Below are positions 18,534 to 27,750 of a DNA stretch of 61,312 nt, in pieces (position 1 is the stretch's first letter; each line of letters starts with the position of its first letter). Under the pieces are notes generated by a model. That model was given only the letters and a program-made list of their open reading frames with translations, was not told the DNA's origin and did no database searches. The translations under genes and the position numbers were made by a program. Source of the stretch: a virus (lineage: Duplodnaviria; Caudoviricetes); the IMG/VR virus record IMGVR_UViG_3300017727_000008, positions 1 to 61,312 of that record; one strand, given 5' to 3'.

Positions 18534-19210
18534 TAATTCTTTTTTGCTGCACTATCAAAGTCAAATCCCCAATGATCAATGTCTTTCTGATACCAGTCTG
18601 CCACAATTTGAATCGTCTGTTTGTTATAGTATTCCTTATATGTAGACTGCCAATAACCTGTCACATTTCTGGCCTCTGGATCAAAGGAAACGTTCATATA
18701 CTTTTTGATATCATCACCATATTTTTCAAATCGAAGAATGTCACACCGTACATTACCGTTCTCATCAGAAACATAATCAAAGGCAGGATACCATCCACGG
18801 ATTGCGCGATGCCAAAAGAACTCCTTATTACCCCACTCATTTCGAGTTTCAAGAAAGGCTTCAAAACTAGAACAATCGACATACTCTTCTTTCCCGTAGT
18901 GACCAGAGTCTTTTTCTTGATAGATTACCTTCCTCGCAAACTCATACCGAGACACCACCCGACTCCAAGGATTACGGACAAAAGCAAACGCTGTGTGGTT
19001 TTCACGAATAGTCTCTTTCCAATCTCTCCACCTTGCATGTTCATTACCCTCGTGGTCATCATTATATTTCATCGTCTCGTGTAACTCTTTAGTATAACGA
19101 GAACTAATATGATTTTCGGACGTAGCGATCAAACACAATGGTCTGAGTTTAGGGTTCTGTCTGATAGTCATACCACCGTTCTTGGGGATGTGTATAAACA
19201 TCTTTCTCAT
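18518..19210 (-). CDS. sulfotransferase family 2 protein
   Basis: FIHIPKNGG (5'-PSB), FVRNPWSRVVSRY (3'-PB), RFE, Y.KDI..WGF. Confidence 0.8.
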   Translation of the reverse strand: MRKMFIHIPKNGGMTIRQNPKLRPLCLIATSENHISSRYTKELHETMKYNDDHEGNEHARWRDWKETIRENHTAFAFVRNPWSRVVSRYEFARKVIYQEKDSGHYGKEEYVDCSSFEAFLETRNEWGNKEFFWHRAIRGWYPAFDYVSDENGNVRCDILRFEKYGDDIKKYMNVSFDPEARNVTGYWQSTYKEYYNKQTIQIVADWYQKDIDHWGFDFDSAAKKNYWKQT

Positions 19211-19749
19211 TCTCTTTCCCACTTCGCATATAGTCGGTTACGATCTGGCATGAACTCGGTCACCTCGTACCCAAATAGATCGGCAAAATATACATGATGT
19301 ATTAGTTTCCATTCAAAGAAAGGAACCTTGCCAACATTATTATTTCCATGATCCCTATGGCCCGGATTGCATCTCCAGTAGATCCGAGACTTCGGTTTGA
19401 GGGCATTGACCATAGACTTGATTTGTGTCTCTATCAGTTTGTCATCACCAAAGTTCAGTGACCCCAGTGCCAGTGCGACATCATACTTCTCTTCTGTCTT
19501 GAAATCCTCAATAGCAACCTGTTCATCACATCCTATGTCTGTAATGTCAATACCATGTAAATTAGGTATATGTCTCTTCAGTGGGTTGATCCCACATCCA
19601 ACATCAAGTACCGTCTCACCCTCTTGAATCTCTTCGATCAGTCTGAACCCAGTCCAGTGATATCGATCAAACCCTGCTGTTCTGGACGAGGGCCAGTCGT
19701 AGGTAAAGTAGTCATGCAACCACTCTCTATCATATGTAGACATATACAC
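19207..19749 (-). CDS. class I SAM methyltransferase
   Basis: VLDVGCG motif I, YDVALALGSLNF. Confidence 0.75.
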   Translation of the reverse strand: MYMSTYDREWLHDYFTYDWPSSRTAGFDRYHWTGFRLIEEIQEGETVLDVGCGINPLKRHIPNLHGIDITDIGCDEQVAIEDFKTEEKYDVALALGSLNFGDDKLIETQIKSMVNALKPKSRIYWRCNPGHRDHGNNNVGKVPFFEWKLIHHVYFADLFGYEVTEFMPDRNRLYAKWERE

Positions 19750-20305
19750 TCACATCCTTACTGGCATAATCATCAAAGGCAACCGATGTATCTAGTTCTA
19801 GTAACTCAAGCACATAGAGATTATCCGCACATCTAGTGACCCTATCCTTGTTCTTATATATGAAGGTCATTATGTCCTGATTCTGCCGTTGAATCTGTAG
19901 AAACATATTGTTTTGATTCTTGTACCAGTCATACTTCGGATAGGGTATATCAAACCCACCACACTCGTTCCACCACTCTAAGCACTCATAGTCATTACGA
20001 TAGACCATAATGATAGGATACTTCTTGTAGTTATCTAACTGGGTTGCCAGAGTATGTGACTTGATCAGACGAACACCTTGGGGCGCATTCTGGTCAAATG
20101 GTTTATCCCAGTTCGCAACTTCAAACTCAAACTCCATCATGGGATCAAAGTAGGCTCCACTGTGTAACCTGCTCTTGTTATGAGAGTAAGTCCTTTCAGG
20201 AGAATAGTCTGATTGGTCTATGTCAGAGGATTTCCATATATTGTTCGCAACACCAGACCAACGAGAGCCTGGCGCACCTGTCATGAGTAGATAGTTACCT
20301 TTCAT
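19730..20305 (-). CDS. P-loop/sulfotransferase-like protein
   Basis: MTGAPGSRWS, IKSH, MVYR. Confidence 0.5.
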   Translation of the reverse strand: MKGNYLLMTGAPGSRWSGVANNIWKSSDIDQSDYSPERTYSHNKSRLHSGAYFDPMMEFEFEVANWDKPFDQNAPQGVRLIKSHTLATQLDNYKKYPIIMVYRNDYECLEWWNECGGFDIPYPKYDWYKNQNNMFLQIQRQNQDIMTFIYKNKDRVTRCADNLYVLELLELDTSVAFDDYASKDVSVYVYI

Positions 20306-20942
20306 GCTTAGGTCTCAGTCCGTTCCATACATGTTGATCTAACCAGTGTTGATCTACATGTTTTACATACTTCGCATTCTGATTATCGTTCAAGTCTCTC
20401 TCCACTCGGATATCGTCATACGCAATAGGGAAACCTATCTTGTCCGATAACCACTTCAGATACATACCCTTATACAGATACAGAGATTCATGCGAGACAA
20501 ACTCTAACTTCCACGGGAAACCACGGGCCCATCTCGGTTTAAGATTCTGGTAGTAGTTGACTGCAATCGGGAGAGTCATCTCCATTCGTACTCGTTTCTG
20601 TTGTTCTACATTGATGTTCTCTTCACGTACCACAACACAGACGGTCACTTGATAACCAGCATCCTGTGCCTCATAGATCACTTCCTGTATCTTGGGCACT
20701 TGCTTGACACCGTCATACACAAACGGAACACTGACATTTGCTACCATAAATTTCTTGGTCAACATCTCAGATGTCTTCTCAGGTCTCACCCAGCATTCGG
20801 CAAAAGGTTCTTCGTCACTGGGTATCCAGTACTTCTCACCAAAGTCCCATCCATGTACATCTGGATGGTATCCAAAGATCTTACTGAATAGATGGTTGCC
20901 AGACCCCTGCGGGCCTGTCAATATTACTAACTGCTTAGGCAT
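20295..20942 (-). CDS. P-loop/sulfotransferase-like protein
   Basis: ILTGPQGSGNHLFSKI...HP, VSHESL. Confidence 0.5.
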   Translation of the reverse strand: MPKQLVILTGPQGSGNHLFSKIFGYHPDVHGWDFGEKYWIPSDEEPFAECWVRPEKTSEMLTKKFMVANVSVPFVYDGVKQVPKIQEVIYEAQDAGYQVTVCVVVREENINVEQQKRVRMEMTLPIAVNYYQNLKPRWARGFPWKLEFVSHESLYLYKGMYLKWLSDKIGFPIAYDDIRVERDLNDNQNAKYVKHVDQHWLDQHVWNGLRPKHER

Positions 20943-21484
20943 ATCGCCTCCATAATTTCACTTGGTATATAAGGTGACAGCATCCGCTCTGGATGCCACA
21001 CGATGGCACAGATGTTACCCTTATGCCACGATTCAATATCACCATCTAAGTCTGTACATAATACTACACTATTTGGGGGTGGTTTGTCAATAGAAATATT
21101 GTGAAAACTATTCACCGTCCACGGCACACCGTTGTTATACACGAGGTGTTCTGTATCATAGTGATCGGTTTTACCTTCCTTAGTACTACCACCAAGGATT
21201 TCTGTGAGGAGGAATGCCCCGTGACATACACCAAGAATGGGTTTACCCAACTTGACCATTTCTGTAGCAAGGGATATTTCTGTTGTGACACGAACTTCCT
21301 CGTTCCCACCACCCGTGAGGATGAGGAGATCTAAGGATTCTGCGAGGGGTTCATAATCTAAGTCTTCACGATTTGGGACAGGAACGAGTTCATGACTCCG
21401 TAGCAACCGATACCAGTTGTGTTCTAGGGAGTCATGAACTACTCTGTTGTGCGTGAGGACTCTTTGAGTGAGTCCTATCTTCAT
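20927..21484 (-). CDS. class I glutamine amidotransferase (peptidase C26 / gamma-glutamyl hydrolase-like)
   Basis: LILTGG, PILGVCHG (Cys nucleophile), VNSFH, WHPE triad. Confidence 0.85.
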   Translation of the reverse strand: MKIGLTQRVLTHNRVVHDSLEHNWYRLLRSHELVPVPNREDLDYEPLAESLDLLILTGGGNEEVRVTTEISLATEMVKLGKPILGVCHGAFLLTEILGGSTKEGKTDHYDTEHLVYNNGVPWTVNSFHNISIDKPPPNSVVLCTDLDGDIESWHKGNICAIVWHPERMLSPYIPSEIMEAICLSS

Positions 21485-22183
21485 TTACCAGCCGTATGCC
21501 TCTTGCACGAGTTGTCGTGCAGCAGGAGTATCTTTGGTATTACGACAGTTGATCTCAAACATATCGTATCGAATCTTCTCAACAAGACTACTGATACGAT
21601 CCTGTACTTCTTGAGTTGTTGCCAACTGTAGAAGTTTCCAACGACCAATCGAAGAATGGAATCCTTCATCTCGTGCGATCTTACGATAACGAGTAGAGAT
21701 AAACTCATCTTCAATAGTGTCTGCCATCTGATCCCATACAGCCTCAGCACGACCTTCCGCAACCAGTTGGTATGCTGCAAGTGATGCTTCGTCTTCTGCA
21801 CAGTTCAGTTCTTCTAATAGTACAGCACCCTTGGCGGTGTTCATCTGACGTTCACGAGCAAGTTCTGCCTGTACATCAACGGGTTCACCTGAGATGTGTT
21901 CAATGACTTCCTTCACCATACGGAAGTGTCTTGCCTCATCATTTGCTTGACGAGTCAATAACTGAAGTTCCTTGGGTTCCATGTCATCAGGGGCATTGGC
22001 GACACGTTGTGCGATCTCACTCATGTTCATACGTTCATTGACCATACGACCAACAAAGTGATCTACCATCTCTTGATCAGAGAGATTGCCTTCAAAGTAT
22101 TCCTTGACATTCATCTTGGATGCTTCAAACATGGCTTGATTTTCTTCGTGGATGTTATCCACAAACTCTTTTGGGTTTAACAT
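21485..22183 (-). CDS. ferritin-like diiron protein
   Basis: E...DEARH and E...DEGFH paired ExxH motifs; ATG 22183 after AGGAG. Confidence 0.75.
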   Translation of the reverse strand: MLNPKEFVDNIHEENQAMFEASKMNVKEYFEGNLSDQEMVDHFVGRMVNERMNMSEIAQRVANAPDDMEPKELQLLTRQANDEARHFRMVKEVIEHISGEPVDVQAELARERQMNTAKGAVLLEELNCAEDEASLAAYQLVAEGRAEAVWDQMADTIEDEFISTRYRKIARDEGFHSSIGRWKLLQLATTQEVQDRISSLVEKIRYDMFEINCRNTKDTPAARQLVQEAYGW

Positions 22184-22221
22184 AGGTTTCTCCTGTTTCA
22201 CTCTATTAATATAACCAAATG

Positions 22222-22229
22222 TATTTATA
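22222..22229 (-). promoter_or_regulatory. late promoter TATAAATA heading the ferritin-like operon
   Basis: Exact consensus in the intergenic gap. Confidence 0.6.
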
Positions 22230-22230
22230 A

Positions 22231-22794
22231 CTATAAACTGTATTCCATGTTGATTTTTGAATGTTTTTCCTCATCGGCACGAACCTTTTTGATTAAGTCT
22301 GATAACTTAGCAGACTTTCTCATATCATAGTATTCGATTGCAAGTTGTGGTGCCGGTAAATTTTCTACCTCACCTCTCTCAACCATACCGAGATAATCTG
22401 TGTATGACCTCACTGCTTCTTCTTCAAAGTAATGTATCATTCTATGAGCAGTTTTGAAATCTATAACATACACCACAAAATAGAAGGTCATAAAAAGCAT
22501 TTGAGCAAATAGTACCAACAACCTCTCAAACCAATTAGGTTGTGCTATCTCTATAAAGAACATGAGATGCATTCTTTCATTCTCTGCTTCTGCTAACATC
22601 TCTCGTATAGCAGGGCCATATCCAGTCCTCATCTTTCTAAGACTCTTCAGATGCAATAAAGAACCCGCAACCCAGCCTGGCACTCCTGCCACGGTTTCTA
22701 ATACAACTGCTCTGTGTCCGTATCGTTTGGCAAAGAATGTATCTGCCATAAAACGGAAGAACTTGGTCATTGATTTTGCGAATATATCCTTCAT
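22231..22794 (-). CDS. aox: alternative oxidase (AOX)
   Basis: LETVAGVPG, EAENERMHL, EEEAVRSY, RADEEKH: the complete diiron ligand set. Confidence 0.92.
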   Translation of the reverse strand: MKDIFAKSMTKFFRFMADTFFAKRYGHRAVVLETVAGVPGWVAGSLLHLKSLRKMRTGYGPAIREMLAEAENERMHLMFFIEIAQPNWFERLLVLFAQMLFMTFYFVVYVIDFKTAHRMIHYFEEEAVRSYTDYLGMVERGEVENLPAPQLAIEYYDMRKSAKLSDLIKKVRADEEKHSKINMEYSL

Positions 22795-23579
22795 ATTTGT
22801 TTCATCAACATCTCGACATTCTCTCCTTTTTCTGGGAGTTTGTCCTTCAGAAAGAAGTGTACAAAGTTACAGTCCTTGAGATTCTTTACTGCACTGAACA
22901 GACCATTCCATCTGTTGTCCATGTGTTTAGTCGGAACCTTATATTTCTTCAGAAAGTAGTTCAAAAGAGTCTGATCGGTGCTCCACTTGTAAGTACCAAC
23001 ACCATCAACAAAATCCTTGAACTCCATTCGCATCAGAAACTCATATGGTGTCTGACCCTTGAGGTATGGTTTGAATAACTTGCTATTTAGTAGCATCATC
23101 CCCATATTGAAAAACTCATACCCATGAGTGCCACTTACTTTGAAATCAAGACCGGACATATGTAAAGCCTGATACTGCATACGAGAGTAATCCATTATCT
23201 TACTCACATACCAGTCTTCACAATCCATCTCTCGTTCTGCTACAGCACCAAATGCGTGGTCAGTACCAAAATCATCAAATATGTTTGCTGCATCAGGTCT
23301 GATGTATATATCGGCATCGATAATCGCAATTTGATCAAATCTATCAAGATAGTCAAAAGCATTCTCCTTTTCAAATATAGGAAGGTATCCACCATACTTC
23401 ATGTAGGACTCTTCACTGCGGCCACTACTAAAGATGTCTGGTTTGATTCTTAGTTTGGGTTGTCTTAATACAATGTGTTTGATATCATGATTCGCACAAT
23501 AATGTGCGACTGAATCAATACAGTGTTCGTATAGTTTGGACGGTTTACCCACCGCCACTTGGAATATCATTCTTTTCAT
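22791..23579 (-). CDS. GT-A glycosyltransferase (GT8-like)
   Basis: IIDADI, FFNMGMM, TDQTLLN, WN, FVHF. Confidence 0.75.
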   Translation of the reverse strand: MKRMIFQVAVGKPSKLYEHCIDSVAHYCANHDIKHIVLRQPKLRIKPDIFSSGRSEESYMKYGGYLPIFEKENAFDYLDRFDQIAIIDADIYIRPDAANIFDDFGTDHAFGAVAEREMDCEDWYVSKIMDYSRMQYQALHMSGLDFKVSGTHGYEFFNMGMMLLNSKLFKPYLKGQTPYEFLMRMEFKDFVDGVGTYKWSTDQTLLNYFLKKYKVPTKHMDNRWNGLFSAVKNLKDCNFVHFFLKDKLPEKGENVEMLMKQI

Positions 23580-24439
23580 TGTTTCACTATGTTTTGAAAT
23601 GTATGTAGTGATGGATCTACAATACGCATAATGGCTGCAAGACCATTGACGTTTATATGTTTTCTTTTACCTGTCATTAGTTGATGCCACCCCCATTCAG
23701 CAGGGTACAACTTCTTTTCGTCAGATAGATTATGAGCATTACCCATGTAATCTCCTTGCTTGAATCCTATACAGAAGTCTGATAAGAAATTGTTGTATCG
23801 TTGACCTTCTCGTTCCTCTTTTATTATAGTATGGTCACCCGACTCAATAAAGTCTCGTGTGATCTCTCTCATCCTACGAGTACGATCATATCTATTCCTC
23901 CATATACCCACTTGACCGTTATACATAGAATCACCTTCCAAGTTTACCCCATATCCTACCACACCTTGATCCACTAAGTCAAGGGCTTTCTTCAGGTCAA
24001 ACTTCTTACTAAACCAAGTATCCCAACGAGTACGGAAGTAGTAGTCATAGTCTTCGGTCAGATACTGCCAGAGATTCTGGAATCCCAAGTGTTGTGCGGT
24101 TCTATTATCATAGGTCTGTTTATGATATTCTAACATGGATGAACTTTTGTCGTTTACTTGTGATAAATACTTCTTCTTGAAATTTTCAGGAAGAGTGTCA
24201 TCAGCAATTGCCAAATCGTATGGTTTGTACAGTATATTTGGTTGTACAGTCCAGACGATATTATCGGAAAGGGGGAATCCTGATTTTTTGATTATGTGTC
24301 GGTTCTCTTTTGTATCCCACATCTGATAGTATAAATCGCACCCAGCAAAGGTGGCTTGTCTTCTGTCATGACATTCCATCAACAGGTGTCTAGGTAGAAT
24401 ATTAGGATAGACACCATTAACAAGCACCGCAATACGCAT
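23576..24439 (-). CDS. putative glycan-modifying protein
   Basis: MRIAVLVNG...YDYYFRTRWD, AEWGWHQ (cf. AEEGWYQ in 15780..16613). Confidence 0.5.
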   Translation of the reverse strand: MRIAVLVNGVYPNILPRHLLMECHDRRQATFAGCDLYYQMWDTKENRHIIKKSGFPLSDNIVWTVQPNILYKPYDLAIADDTLPENFKKKYLSQVNDKSSSMLEYHKQTYDNRTAQHLGFQNLWQYLTEDYDYYFRTRWDTWFSKKFDLKKALDLVDQGVVGYGVNLEGDSMYNGQVGIWRNRYDRTRRMREITRDFIESGDHTIIKEEREGQRYNNFLSDFCIGFKQGDYMGNAHNLSDEKKLYPAEWGWHQLMTGKRKHINVNGLAAIMRIVDPSLHTFQNIVKQ

Positions 24440-25044
24440 CAGTGGCCTACCGTACCGCCAATGGTTTGATCGTATACTGGTCTACAGTATTTAGTAATAA
24501 GACTCAAATCTCTATCCAACTTGTCAAACATAATATCATCAATATATCTAGTATGAACTTCAGTGACACATTCTAGGAGTAACTCCTCTGCCACATCGGG
24601 TTCAATATAGTATGCCGATGTTATTGGACATAGTTTCAGGTGCCACCAGTATGGATGACCCTTGAACCTGTCACAATAGTTATGAAACTCATCGTCGTTC
24701 TGAAACTGACAGATAGAGAAGTATGGGGCGATGATAGGCATCTCGGAGGTCAGGCACTCGGTGTCATGTTCTATCACCGTGATAGGCCTGTCTTCCTCGA
24801 CGCACTTCTCCCAAAGAAGATAATGACTATACCAACAACCCATCTCAGAAGGAGTGTAGGGTCGTTTCCCATGATACTGATCGATTCGTATATCGTTGTA
24901 CATATGTAGGGTCGATGGTGTTACCGCATCAAACATATTCACATGAAACCCATGTGATTCCCAACTTGGTAGTACCTGTTTTACATAGTGTTGAGATACC
25001 TGATTGTCAGGCATCTGAATCATCCATATGTTATCGGTAATCAT
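24439..25044 (-). CDS. glycosyltransferase family 25-like
   Basis: FDAVTP, EMGCWYSHYLLW, VIEHD. Confidence 0.7.
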   Translation of the reverse strand: MITDNIWMIQMPDNQVSQHYVKQVLPSWESHGFHVNMFDAVTPSTLHMYNDIRIDQYHGKRPYTPSEMGCWYSHYLLWEKCVEEDRPITVIEHDTECLTSEMPIIAPYFSICQFQNDDEFHNYCDRFKGHPYWWHLKLCPITSAYYIEPDVAEELLLECVTEVHTRYIDDIMFDKLDRDLSLITKYCRPVYDQTIGGTVGH

Positions 25045-25993
25045 TGAGATCAAACTCTGTACCATGCATTTTCATCAAATCACGCTCGTGATTGGTATAT
25101 ACAAGGACTTCTGGGTCATCAAGAAGAAAATCGCAACTGCGGCAATAATCAGGGTAGTTTCCGTTAGTATGATCTTCACGGAGTTTAGTATATGCTGGCC
25201 CGTACCATATTTCTTCGATGGTGTTCTCAGAGGTGTGTCCCAAAACGGCCTTTTCGTCTTGTCCGAGTACTTGGCAACATGGTGCAACACCACCTCTTTT
25301 ATTATCACTACCGCCAGCACGAATAACGACATCGGGACTAAAAGGTCTACCACAAGTTTTTACCTCTCCACTTCGAGTATTTTGTTTAGGATCATATACA
25401 CCAGACCAGTTATGCATTTTCCATATTTCAGTCTTCACCCCTAGATTATCTACCAGACTCTTGTATTGTTCTAGTTCATTATTTAGGTTGTTGTTATCAG
25501 TAATCAAGTGATAAGTTGCAACAACACAATCACTCTCAGTCTTATCAACATACGCCTTCATTTGTTGTATGTTATCTACAATGTTATTGAAGTTTCCTCC
25601 AATAGTATTGTTCATCCACTCGTCATACTTTGCAGGGTTATATCCAATGAACGAGAATCTATAGAAGTCAAGTCCCGCATCCACGCAGTCAGCCATGAAC
25701 TGTCCACGCATACGAAACCCATTAGAGAACATGAATGCCTTGGCACCATACTTCTTTACAACCTTGATATATTCAGGTAGGTTCCTATTTAGTGTGGGTT
25801 CTCCACTACCTTCTAGGTTGACTACCCTCAGACCGTGTTGTGCACAGTCTGCTACATTCTTCTCAAACTCATCCAAAGACATCTTCTTGAGAAAGTCTTT
25901 ATGTCTACCACCAGTACGGACATCCTGTGGACACATAGTACATGAATAGTTGCAACCACCGTTTATCTCAATGACTGCCCTATCTATTTTCAT
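25031..25993 (-). CDS. radical SAM / SPASM-domain protein
   Basis: CNYSCTMC (CxxxCxxC), GSGEPTL, C-terminal C..PF, PCC, CRSC. Confidence 0.9.
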   Translation of the reverse strand: MKIDRAVIEINGGCNYSCTMCPQDVRTGGRHKDFLKKMSLDEFEKNVADCAQHGLRVVNLEGSGEPTLNRNLPEYIKVVKKYGAKAFMFSNGFRMRGQFMADCVDAGLDFYRFSFIGYNPAKYDEWMNNTIGGNFNNIVDNIQQMKAYVDKTESDCVVATYHLITDNNNLNNELEQYKSLVDNLGVKTEIWKMHNWSGVYDPKQNTRSGEVKTCGRPFSPDVVIRAGGSDNKRGGVAPCCQVLGQDEKAVLGHTSENTIEEIWYGPAYTKLREDHTNGNYPDYCRSCDFLLDDPEVLVYTNHERDLMKMHGTEFDLNDYR

Positions 25994-26106
25994 ATAAACT
26001 TACCAATCAACATCATGGTTAATGCCATAGTACCAAGTGCACCAGCCTGAACTACGCATCCAATTACTACCCATTCCATGACTGTAATATCCTCTATGTT
26101 TTTCAC
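25990..26106 (-). CDS. small single-TM protein (38 aa, not in ORF track)
   Basis: VKNIEDITVMEWVVIGCVVQAGALGTMALTMMLIGKFI; overlaps both neighbours and fills the gap exactly. Confidence 0.45.
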   Translation of the reverse strand: MKNIEDITVMEWVVIGCVVQAGALGTMALTMMLIGKFI

Positions 26107-26903
26107 TACCAATACCTTGCTTTAAGTATGTCTATATATTGTTTTGCTTTGACTTTCATTTCAGTTAGATTAGGTGTGAACCCTTCTCCTCCATCAGAAA
26201 AGAATTCCATAGTCTGATGACGATTGGGTTTCCTTATAACCTGTGGTGTATTGTATGAGGTAATGCCTTCCCATGAAGGAATAAATAATGGTTTACCAAA
26301 GTTCCTTACAATGTAATGCCACATACCATCATAACAGACCACGAAATCTGCTTCTTGTATCTGTTTGAAAGCATCTCTAACCGGAGTTCTATAGGTCAGT
26401 TCAACTAGTATCCAACCCTCCCAAGTTAGCAGCTTGATTATATCATGCCAATCATCATTTGTCAAGAACCTTTTCCATAATCTTGGCGGTTCACTGTTGT
26501 AGGTGGGAGTCCATATTACGATCTTCTTTCGTTTTGGAACGAAGACTTCTGGTTTGAATATCCAGTCATTGTTGACAGTACCTGTGGGATCGTATGCCTC
26601 AGAATCAAAGTAGAATCGGGCCTTCTTCTTATTCGGATTGACATTACCATGTTCAAACAGATCAGATTCATAGACATGGGTAAGTAAGACATCATCCTGA
26701 AGATGATACTGATCATGCAACCACTCCATTCGCTGAATGATTGTTTCTGGATCATCTGGGTGGTGAAGAAAGTCCTCACCATGTTCCCAGTGCATTTCTA
26801 GATTTACTCTTTTCTTGTTCTCAAAAGAATAGTTGTGACAAGCATTAAGGGCGCACATGGCATCACCTACACCCCATGTTCCTCGCCACCGTATCTTTTC
26901 CAT
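26106..26903 (-). CDS. GT-B glycosyltransferase (GT9-like)
   Basis: GVGDAMC N-terminal motif; IQEADFVVCYDGMWHY. Confidence 0.55.
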   Translation of the reverse strand: MEKIRWRGTWGVGDAMCALNACHNYSFENKKRVNLEMHWEHGEDFLHHPDDPETIIQRMEWLHDQYHLQDDVLLTHVYESDLFEHGNVNPNKKKARFYFDSEAYDPTGTVNNDWIFKPEVFVPKRKKIVIWTPTYNSEPPRLWKRFLTNDDWHDIIKLLTWEGWILVELTYRTPVRDAFKQIQEADFVVCYDGMWHYIVRNFGKPLFIPSWEGITSYNTPQVIRKPNRHQTMEFFSDGGEGFTPNLTEMKVKAKQYIDILKARYW

Positions 26904-27230
26904 TTACTTCTTCAAGTTAAATGCCTGTGCACCAAAGAAGGCTGCGACGATGGCGGCCACTGATACAAAATAGACACTAGCGATATCACCGATGATCTCC
27001 GCCGCCTTATCTAGTCCAAAAAGAACTGTTACAAATACACCCATAGGGTAGAACAACATACCAATCAATGAGAACCATGCCATCCTACGCTGTGCGTCTC
27101 TCATTAGATCTGCATCTTCAAGTTCTTTACGTTTGAACTCAAGGTACAGAGACTGTTCATCTTCTGTTACTTTGCCATCCCCATTTGTGTCAGCGGGATG
27201 GTGTCCTGCTTTTTCGATATCTTCGCCCAT
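26904..27230 (-). CDS. membrane protein with EF-hand-like loop
   Basis: DTNGDGKVT..E followed by two TM helices. Confidence 0.6.
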   Translation of the reverse strand: MGEDIEKAGHHPADTNGDGKVTEDEQSLYLEFKRKELEDADLMRDAQRRMAWFSLIGMLFYPMGVFVTVLFGLDKAAEIIGDIASVYFVSVAAIVAAFFGAQAFNLKK

Positions 27231-27231
27231 C

Positions 27232-27750
27232 TTATTCTCCCGGCGCGTTTAGTGTACTTCCTGCCATATCAATATTTAACCCTATCACCAGTTTACGTCC
27301 CCTGTGAACAGGTCTTCCTCTGTGGGGCAACATAGCAGGAAAAACTATAAGATCCCCTTCTCCCATCTTGCGGTTAAACCCAAGTAACTCCGTAGCATAT
27401 TCTTCTTCACATACTATATGTAGGACAGCAGATAAGTTACATCCTTCATGTGTATGCCATCCAAAGTCGGCTCCGTTGAAATACTCAGCGAACCACATAC
27501 GTTTTATATCCAAGAGTTCGCAATGGTACTGCCGCATATAGTTTTCTAGAGCCGGTCTTACCATCTTCCTTACGATAGGGTCATAAGTGTCGAGACTGAC
27601 ATCCCTATGCAACTTATAATCAGAACTAGACATCTTTGCAAACTTAGTGTCATTATTATTCTTGATGTCTGCTACATGGTTGAGGATCTTTGCCCGATCT
27701 TCTTCAAAAGAACCACCACTTAAATCGTATGTCTTTACCCACTCCATCAA
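27232..27750 (-). CDS. 2OG-Fe(II) oxygenase-like protein
   Basis: WF..Y, WHTH, LSAV, GDLIVFPAMLPH, R/K-x-V-I-x-x-N. Confidence 0.7.
   Translation of the reverse strand: MMEWVKTYDLSGGSFEEDRAKILNHVADIKNNNDTKFAKMSSSDYKLHRDVSLDTYDPIVRKMVRPALENYMRQYHCELLDIKRMWFAEYFNGADFGWHTHEGCNLSAVLHIVCEEEYATELLGFNRKMGEGDLIVFPAMLPHRGRPVHRGRKLVIGLNIDMAGSTLNAPGE

Noticed and set aside
16615-21484. Complete O-methyl phosphoramidate pathway
   Set aside because: No PEP-utiliser-fold glutamine kinase in the window; only a partial analogy.
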